A stretch of 64,000 bases of DNA, from positions 224,001 to 288,000 of the forward strand of contig CAVSBL010000002.1 of the NCBI GenBank assembly GCA_963726255.1, written 5' to 3'. The stretch is from Candidatus Bathyarchaeota archaeon. GTDB taxonomy: Archaea; Thermoproteota; Bathyarchaeia; 40CM-2-53-6. Of this stretch, positions 57,988 through 64,000 are shown piece after piece. Below the pieces are notes generated by a model that had not been told where the DNA came from, did not search any database, and was given only the letters and a program-made list of their open reading frames with translations. Positions within the stretch are counted from its first letter, which is position 1; every line of letters starts with the position of its first letter. A program made the translations under genes and the position numbers.

Positions 57988-58434
57988 CTAAACGACACGT
58001 TCCTTCCACATTCTGGCACACTCGTACCAAGAAACTGCGGCGCCTGCGGTTCCGAAGACAAGCCCCGCAAGCTCAATCGTGCCACTCTGAAGGACGGTAA
58101 CGATGGCATAGACAATTGTCGCCGTGGTGAGGAAGATTGCGTAGAAGAGGTATCGAGGCAAGATGAGATGTCCAACCTTCAAGAACATCTTTAGCGTTCC
58201 CACGGGGACCTGTTCTTTCAGGAAATACTGCCCCATAGCATCCTTCTCAGTCACTCCGAGCTCCCGTAATTTCTCCAGATGGTACAGGGCGGTACTCGGG
58301 CTCGACATTGAAAGTGCCCTCTGAGTCTCGCGCACTCCCACTGGTTTCGTATTCCTGAATAGGTACCAATACACTCTCAAAGTCGTCCCGTGGATTTCGC
58401 TTTCATTCCCTGAATTGGTCGCGGGAGTTTCCAT
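57988..58434 (-). CDS. Membrane-anchored winged-HTH regulator
   Basis: GVRETQRALSMSSPSTALYHLEKL wHTH followed by two TM. Confidence 0.85.
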   Translation of the reverse strand: METPATNSGNESEIHGTTLRVYWYLFRNTKPVGVRETQRALSMSSPSTALYHLEKLRELGVTEKDAMGQYFLKEQVPVGTLKMFLKVGHLILPRYLFYAIFLTTATIVYAIVTVLQSGTIELAGLVFGTAGAAVSWYECARMWKERVV

Positions 58435-58549
58435 TTAAACCCGAGTCAACAGCATACCCGTCATACATAGAATTTGCCTGAGTCGCTTCGAAAGAGGTGG
58501 CGGGCTGGCATCGAAAGTGTGAAAAACATGGGTGTCTGGATTATGGGGC

Positions 58550-58843
58550 ATGACTAACTGTCCATATTGTGCATCAACCGTTAGCGAGAATGCTTTCTTT
58601 TGTCACAGGTGCGGCACAAGGTTACCAGCCTCCTACCCGCCCTCGGCATACGGCTATGGTTCAACAGACGTAGTTCAGCAAGCCTTAGGTCCACTTTCAC
58701 GCCTTTGGTTCTCGCTCACTCAAGAAGAAAGAGCAATGGTGATCGGTCTGCTCCCATACGCCTTCCAAGGCTACCCCGCTGCCATTCAACGCGTCAGACA
58801 GTGGGTAGCGGATCGCTCAAGATATGATCGCCCTTACACCTGA
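58550..58843 (+). CDS. Zinc-ribbon domain protein
   Basis: CPYC...FCHRCG at the N-terminus. Confidence 0.75.
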   Translation: MTNCPYCASTVSENAFFCHRCGTRLPASYPPSAYGYGSTDVVQQALGPLSRLWFSLTQEERAMVIGLLPYAFQGYPAAIQRVRQWVADRSRYDRPYT

Positions 58844-59030
58844 GGAAAGATAAGGCAACGAGACCGGGTCTCTTACTATCAAAGAGACAATACGGCTTGC
58901 CGAGTACAGCGTCTTCGGCGATGAGAACTAGTTAGCGCGTTTAACACCGAACGACGTCACGCAAAATTTCAGGGCTAAACAACGTTTTTTAGGGTTACTG
59001 TGCACATGCGGGCCGCACGGTGCAAAATCG

Positions 59031-59498
59031 ATGCCGAATTGGGGATACTCGGTCAAGGAGTTCGACCCAGACCGAGCTGTCCAGTGCTCTGGTAGAGAGT
59101 TGGATGTTTCCCCAAAGGCAGCGACTGAGATTTGCAGGAAGCTTCGCGGGATGAGGCTAGATTCGGCGAAGGAGCTTCTGGAGGCCGTCACGAAGAAGAA
59201 GCGTGCGATCGCGTACAGGCGTTACCATAAGGAAGTTCCACATAGAAGCCTCGACGAAGGCTGGTACGCTGGCCGTTACCCCGTGAAGGCCGCAAAGACA
59301 TTCCTGTTTCTCCTAGAGGAATTGGAGGCGAACGCCGAATACAAGGGTCTAGACGTGGACCGCTTAAGAATCGTGCACGCAGCCTCTCAAAGAGGCGTAA
59401 AGACCCAGCGGTTCATATCAAGGGCCATGGGAAGAGCCACGCCTTACCGGAATACTCTCGTACATGTCGAGCTAATGGGATACGAGGTAGCCGAGTAA
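59031..59498 (+). CDS. rpl22: 50S ribosomal protein L22
   Basis: GRYPVKAA, ANAEYKGLD, RAMGRA. Confidence 0.97.
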   Translation: MPNWGYSVKEFDPDRAVQCSGRELDVSPKAATEICRKLRGMRLDSAKELLEAVTKKKRAIAYRRYHKEVPHRSLDEGWYAGRYPVKAAKTFLFLLEELEANAEYKGLDVDRLRIVHAASQRGVKTQRFISRAMGRATPYRNTLVHVELMGYEVAE

Positions 59499-59499
59499 G

Positions 59500-60204
59500 T
59501 TGCCAGTTCACAAGTATTTCGTGAGGGAAAACGCCCGTAGGGCCGAAATTGACGAGTACCTCTCCCAAGAACTGAAGCGGGCCGGTTACAGCAGGCTTGA
59601 AATGACCAAGACCCCGCTCGGCACCAGGGTTGTCGTTTACGCATCGAAACCAGGGCTTGTGATAGGCAGGCGGGGCCAAAGCATACGGGACTTGACACAG
59701 ATTCTGGAGCAGCGTTTTGGCGTTGAAAACCCGCAGATTTCAGTTGCCACGATAGACGCGCCTGAACTTGACCCGAAGGTAGTTGCTTCCCAGATTGCAA
59801 TGGCGCTCCAACGCGGCATTCATTTCAGGCGTGCAGCGTACTGGGCCCTTCAACGGACAGTGGAAGCTGGCGCCCTTGGTGTCGAGATAGCGATTCGGGG
59901 GAAGCTGACAACTGACCGGGCGCGCTATGAAAAATATCGGGCGGGTTACTTACCCTCGGTTGGTGAGGCAGTCAGCAAGATAGTGCGGACTGCTGTTGTC
60001 GATACCCAGCTGAAGCAAGGGCTGTTCGGAATAACCGTCAAACTCATGCCTCCAAACGTTTCATTGCCAGACAAGCCCGTAGTCAAGGAGATAGGCGAAG
60101 CCCCACCGATACCGAAACCGATAATCCAAGAAATTGTGGCAGAAGCTGGAACAGCTGAAACAGTTCAAGAGGTGGCCGACAGTGCCGATTCTAAGAAAGC
60201 GTGA
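59500..60204 (+). CDS. rps3: 30S ribosomal protein S3
   Basis: KPGLVIGRRG KH domain; HFRRAAY. Confidence 0.97.
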   Translation: MPVHKYFVRENARRAEIDEYLSQELKRAGYSRLEMTKTPLGTRVVVYASKPGLVIGRRGQSIRDLTQILEQRFGVENPQISVATIDAPELDPKVVASQIAMALQRGIHFRRAAYWALQRTVEAGALGVEIAIRGKLTTDRARYEKYRAGYLPSVGEAVSKIVRTAVVDTQLKQGLFGITVKLMPPNVSLPDKPVVKEIGEAPPIPKPIIQEIVAEAGTAETVQEVADSADSKKA

Positions 60205-60400
60205 GATCAGACAGCTACTCCCCGAAGAACGCGGCAAGAAGTTAGCTGAGTTGCGAACGGAACTCGCAAAACTGCGTACGAACGTGAAATCTGGGGGCAC
60301 CGTGGAGAATGTCGGCAGAATTCACGAACTGAAGCGAACTATAGCACGCATCCTTACCATTTCAGCCGAAAAAGTTCCGCCAGAGGCGCCCAAGGCATGA
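60182..60400 (+). CDS. rpl29: 50S ribosomal protein L29
   Basis: GTG start at 60182; LRKREIR...LKRTIARILT. Confidence 0.93.
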   Translation: MPILRKREIRQLLPEERGKKLAELRTELAKLRTNVKSGGTVENVGRIHELKRTIARILTISAEKVPPEAPKA

Positions 60401-60681
60401 GTGAGATTACACCGCAGAACATACTCCGCCACGAACTAATCGGGCTAACCGTAAGAGTCGTGAACGCAAGAGCCTCTTCGATCAAGGGAATTCGCGGCGT
60501 AGTAGTAGATGAGACGAGGAACATGTTAACGATAAACGCTGGGAGAGAAAGAGTTATGGTTCCGAAGAATGTTGCTTCGTTTCGATTCAATCTCCCTAGC
60601 GGCGTCCGAGTAGATGTAGATGGGGATCGTTTGGTTGGTAGGCCGGAGAATCGTTTGAAAACGAAAGTGAGGCGTTGGTGA
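60397..60681 (+). CDS. rnp1: Ribonuclease P protein component 1 (Rpp29)
   Basis: HELIGL, GVVVDETRNML, GRPENRLK. Confidence 0.95.
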   Translation: MSEITPQNILRHELIGLTVRVVNARASSIKGIRGVVVDETRNMLTINAGRERVMVPKNVASFRFNLPSGVRVDVDGDRLVGRPENRLKTKVRRW

Positions 60682-61010
60682 TGTCTGACATGGGAATTGG
60701 CGCGAAAGCGCCCAAGAAATCTTGTGACGACCGTAACTGTCCCTTCCACGGTCAGCTGTCCGTGAGACGGAAATTCTTGGATGGGAAGGTGGTAAGCACC
60801 AAAATGACTAAGACGGTTACTGTGGAGAGAGATTACTTGAATTATCTACCGAAGTACACTCGGTATGAGAAACGTAGGAGCCGTATTATGGCACACAGCC
60901 CCCCATGCCTGGAAGTACACGAGGGCGATCGCGTCAAGATCGCGGAGTGCCGCCCTATTAGCAAGGAAGTCGCTTTCGTGGTTGTCGAGAAACTGACTGG
61001 GCTAACATGA
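60681..61010 (+). CDS. rps17: 30S ribosomal protein S17 (uS17)
   Basis: CPFHG, RYEKRRS, ECRPISK. Confidence 0.97.
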   Translation: MSDMGIGAKAPKKSCDDRNCPFHGQLSVRRKFLDGKVVSTKMTKTVTVERDYLNYLPKYTRYEKRRSRIMAHSPPCLEVHEGDRVKIAECRPISKEVAFVVVEKLTGLT

Positions 61011-61085
61011 AGTAGCGTCTCCGTCTTCGCAACATAACCTTAATTTGTTTCAGGCGTGTTCTGCAGCGCCTTACGTGAGAGCAAG

Positions 61086-61523
61086 ATGCCCGCCCCTAAA
61101 ACTCGTGCTGTCAGTGCGAAAGGCATGGTAGAGTACCGGCCGCACGTTGCACGAGGATTACCCAATGGTTGCAGAATCAACTGCGCCGATAATACGGGGG
61201 CGAAGGAACTCAAGGTCATACAGGTTTTTGGTTACCACAGTCGCCTGAGACGCGTCCCATCGGCCTGCGTTGGCGATATGGTCATGGTCTCCGTTTCCAA
61301 GGGGACCCCCGACCTTCGGCGGCAGATGTTTCCAGCCGTTGTTGTTCGGCAAGTGAGGCTCTTCAAGCGTCCGGACGGAACTAGGCTCTCCTTCCACGAT
61401 AACGCTGCCGTTATCATGACCCCCGAAGGGGAATTGAAAGGGACCGAAATTCGCGGGCCTGTGGCAAGGGAAGCTGCCGAGCGTTGGCCAAGGGTATCTA
61501 ACCTCGCTAGTATTATCATCTGA
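61086..61523 (+). CDS. rpl14: 50S ribosomal protein L14
   Basis: [25 protein letters not shown]. Confidence 0.97.
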   Translation: MPAPKTRAVSAKGMVEYRPHVARGLPNGCRINCADNTGAKELKVIQVFGYHSRLRRVPSACVGDMVMVSVSKGTPDLRRQMFPAVVVRQVRLFKRPDGTRLSFHDNAAVIMTPEGELKGTEIRGPVAREAAERWPRVSNLASIII

Positions 61524-61525
61524 AA

Positions 61526-61927
61526 GTGAAGCCAATGCATCTGGTAACGGGAAAGCCCTCGAAGCAGCGTAAGATGGTTTACGAGGCCCCCTCACATCGA
61601 CTAAGAAGATTCTTAACCGCTCATCTTTCAGATGAGCTTCGGAAGAGTCAGGAAAGGCGCTCTTATCCGGTCAGGAAGGGTGACACAGTGAAAATTCTGA
61701 GGGGTGACTTTGCTGGCATTGAAGGAAAAATAAACGACATCGACACGCGCAGGCAGCGATTATTCGTTGAGGGCGTGCAGAGAGAAAAGACTTCAGGAAC
61801 AACCGCGAACGTTTCTGTAAACAGTTCGAAAGTAATGATTACAAAGCTGAACCTCGACGATAAATGGCGAGCAGAGTCCGTCAAACTGTCTCGCTCTAAA
61901 CCGGCTACCGCAGAGGCAGGGGCCTGA
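61526..61927 (+). CDS. rpl24: 50S ribosomal protein L24 (uL24)
   Basis: PVRKGDTVKILRGD KOW motif. Confidence 0.96.
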   Translation: MKPMHLVTGKPSKQRKMVYEAPSHRLRRFLTAHLSDELRKSQERRSYPVRKGDTVKILRGDFAGIEGKINDIDTRRQRLFVEGVQREKTSGTTANVSVNSSKVMITKLNLDDKWRAESVKLSRSKPATAEAGA

Positions 61928-61929
61928 GC

Positions 61930-62664
61930 ATGGGGCATAAAGGCGGTCTAGGACACCTCAAACGGCTAGCTTCCCCAAGCTTCTGGCCAGTGCACCGCAA
62001 GGAATCAACATGGGTCCCGAAGCCAGACCCGGGCGCACACGGCACTTCGCATTGTTTGCCATTAGAGTTGGCGATCCGCGATGAATTGGCCCTAGGTAGG
62101 AACCGAAGGGAAGTTGGCAGCATTTTGGCCGGAGGAAAAGTGAGGGTGGACGGGAGACCTAGGCACGCTAGAAATTACCCTATTGGTTTGATGGATGTTG
62201 TTGAATTCACCGACGCGAATACTGCTTACAGGGTCGTTCCCGTAGAGGGTAAAGGGCTCTCCCTCGTGAAGATAACGAAAGAAGAAGCGAAGTTCAAACT
62301 CTGTAAAGTCCTTCGCAAGGGGGTAGCCCCAGGCGGCCGCGTGCATTACGGAACGCATGATGGCCGTACCATAACACCAACAGAGGGCGAAACTGCCGAT
62401 TACTCAACGAATGATACGCTGCGGATAAGCATACCAACCCAACGCGTTCTGAACCAAATGAAATTCGAGAAAGGCAACTTTGCAGTTGTCATAGCAGGCC
62501 GTAACTTAGGTAAAAGTGGAAAGATCCTGCAGCTTCAGCCCGGAACCGCAACGAGGCCAGCAATGGTGACCCTTGAGGACGCTACGGGCAACAAGTTTGA
62601 TACCATGGTGGACTACACATTCGTTGTAGGAACAGACAAACCCGCGATTAAACTGGAGGCCTAG
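61930..62664 (+). CDS. rps4e: 30S ribosomal protein S4e
   Basis: HLKRLASP, VDGR, IGLMDVV, HDGRT. Confidence 0.97.
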   Translation: MGHKGGLGHLKRLASPSFWPVHRKESTWVPKPDPGAHGTSHCLPLELAIRDELALGRNRREVGSILAGGKVRVDGRPRHARNYPIGLMDVVEFTDANTAYRVVPVEGKGLSLVKITKEEAKFKLCKVLRKGVAPGGRVHYGTHDGRTITPTEGETADYSTNDTLRISIPTQRVLNQMKFEKGNFAVVIAGRNLGKSGKILQLQPGTATRPAMVTLEDATGNKFDTMVDYTFVVGTDKPAIKLEA

Positions 62665-62667
62665 AAA

Positions 62668-63207
62668 GTGCAAACGGTTACCGAAACATTGCACGAGAAC
62701 CCCATGCGGGAGGTCAAACTAGCGAAGGTCGTAGTGCACATAGGCGTCGGCAAGTCCGGAGAAATGCTAGAGAAGGCAAAGAAAGTCCTTCAAGAAATCA
62801 CCGGCCAAAAACCCTGCACTAAACAGGCCAAAATGACCATCAAAGAATTCGGAACTCGCCAAGGCGAACCGATCGCCTGCATGACGACCCTCAGAGGGGA
62901 AAAGGCTGCAACTTTTCTGAAGCGAGGCCTCGATGCCGTAGGAAACACTTTGAAGAGGTCGAGTTTCGATGAAAACGGGAACTTCGCATTCGGAATCAAA
63001 GAGCACATCGAGATTCCTGGAACCAAATATGTTCCCGAGCTTGGCATCTTCGGGATGGATGTCATGGCCACACTCGAACGGCCCGGATTCAGAATTAAGA
63101 GAAAGAGAATAAGGCCAGCCGCTGTCGGAAAATCACATCGAGTCTCCAAAGATGACGCCATTAATTTCATGACAGTAAAGTTCGCTGTTCAAATCCGGGA
63201 GGCTTAG
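62668..63207 (+). CDS. rpl5: 50S ribosomal protein L5 (uL5)
   Basis: NPMRE, TLRG, FGIKEHI, GIFGMD. Confidence 0.97.
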   Translation: MQTVTETLHENPMREVKLAKVVVHIGVGKSGEMLEKAKKVLQEITGQKPCTKQAKMTIKEFGTRQGEPIACMTTLRGEKAATFLKRGLDAVGNTLKRSSFDENGNFAFGIKEHIEIPGTKYVPELGIFGMDVMATLERPGFRIKRKRIRPAAVGKSHRVSKDDAINFMTVKFAVQIREA

Positions 63208-63212
63208 GTTAC

Positions 63213-63377
63213 ATGGCCAAACTGAAACAGAAGAAGGTCAGAAAATACGGTAAGGGCAGCCGGCCCTGTAGAAGGTGCGGCCAGTACGGCCCTGTGATTC
63301 GCAAGTATGACCTCTACCTGTGCCGGCAATGCTTCCGTGAAGTCGCCCCGAGCCTAGGATTCAAGAAATACATGTAG
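63213..63377 (+). CDS. rps14: 30S ribosomal protein S14, Zn-binding (absent from the ORF track)
   Basis: Manual translation [54 protein letters not shown]. Confidence 0.96.
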   Translation: MAKLKQKKVRKYGKGSRPCRRCGQYGPVIRKYDLYLCRQCFREVAPSLGFKKYM

Positions 63378-63379
63378 GA

Positions 63380-63940
63380 TTGGAAATCATGGTTCTCGTC
63401 GAGCTCGCGCAAAGATCATTGGCCATCCCAGAAGGGGTACAACTTAGCGTAGACGGAAGAAGAATCAAAGCGGTCGGACCGAAAGGAACGCTCGAAGAAG
63501 ATTTCTCACACCTCCCCGTGCAATTTGCCTTGGAGGGTAAATCCCTACGCGTATACAGCCCATGGGCTCGAAAACGCGAGGTCGCGCTCGTCGGCACGGC
63601 CCTTGCGCACGTCCGTAACATGATTCGCGGCGTAAACTCAGGATACACCTACAAACTCAAGCTCGTCTACGCTCACTTCCCAATAACCGTCAAAGTCATC
63701 GAGAAGGAAAAGAAACTCACCATCGACAACTTCACAGGTGAGAAGACACCACGAAACGCAAAGATCATCGGGGCAGCTAAGGTCAAAATTGCGGGAGACG
63801 AAATTCACGTTCAAGGAAACAGCCTCAGCGACGTAAGCCAAACAGCCGCCAACATCCAATACGCAACAAGAATTCGAGACAAGGACCAACGTGTATTCCT
63901 AGACGGCATTTACATCTTCGAGAAGTCGGAGGGCATGTGA
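63380..63940 (+). CDS. rpl6: 50S ribosomal protein L6
   Basis: GPKG, YAHFP, DQRVFLDGIY. Confidence 0.97.
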   Translation: MEIMVLVELAQRSLAIPEGVQLSVDGRRIKAVGPKGTLEEDFSHLPVQFALEGKSLRVYSPWARKREVALVGTALAHVRNMIRGVNSGYTYKLKLVYAHFPITVKVIEKEKKLTIDNFTGEKTPRNAKIIGAAKVKIAGDEIHVQGNSLSDVSQTAANIQYATRIRDKDQRVFLDGIYIFEKSEGM

Positions 63941-63941
63941 C

Positions 63942-64000
63942 TTGTCCTATCGCAGGCCGCGGTTTGTTCGGGAAGAAAGCTGGCGCTACAAGAGGATCAA
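63942..64000 (+). CDS. rpl32e: 50S ribosomal protein L32e, N-terminal part (runs off window)
   Basis: MSYRRPRFVREESWRYKRI; expected position after rpl6. Confidence 0.85.
   Translation, partial: MSYRRPRFVREESWRYKRI

Noticed and set aside
406-63889. Many antisense and nested ORFs in the six-frame track
   Set aside because: They shadow well-supported genes or RNA genes and have no protein motifs

Overview
Archaeal chromosomal window from a TACK-group organism. Bathyarchaeia is the most likely lineage, inferred from DUF1512, a single-OB-fold SSB, an unlinked 5S rRNA, multi-intron tRNAs and a bacterial-type MetK. 1-19.1 kb holds housekeeping and transport genes, a 5S rRNA, a thiolase/DUF35 pair, a DinG helicase, and one minus-strand operon joining a b6-type split Rieske/cytochrome b complex to a di-heme succinate dehydrogenase. 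19.2-42.8 kb is a composite island built by repeated integration at the 3' end of tRNA-Trp. It carries an amino-acid ABC transporter plus aconitase X, an array of tRNA-3'-end-like recombination sites around single genes, a nuclease-STAND (Avs-like) defence gene, an AbiE-type TA pair and an internally deleted tyrosine integrase. The target tRNA-Trp(CCA) at 42772-43000 only folds after removing five introns. 43-64 kb holds ychF, metK, valS, ssb, a two-intron tRNA-Ser beside archease, and the S10/spc ribosomal protein cluster, which here lacks rpl3, rpl2 and rps8. All calls come from motif recognition and manual folding; no searches were run.
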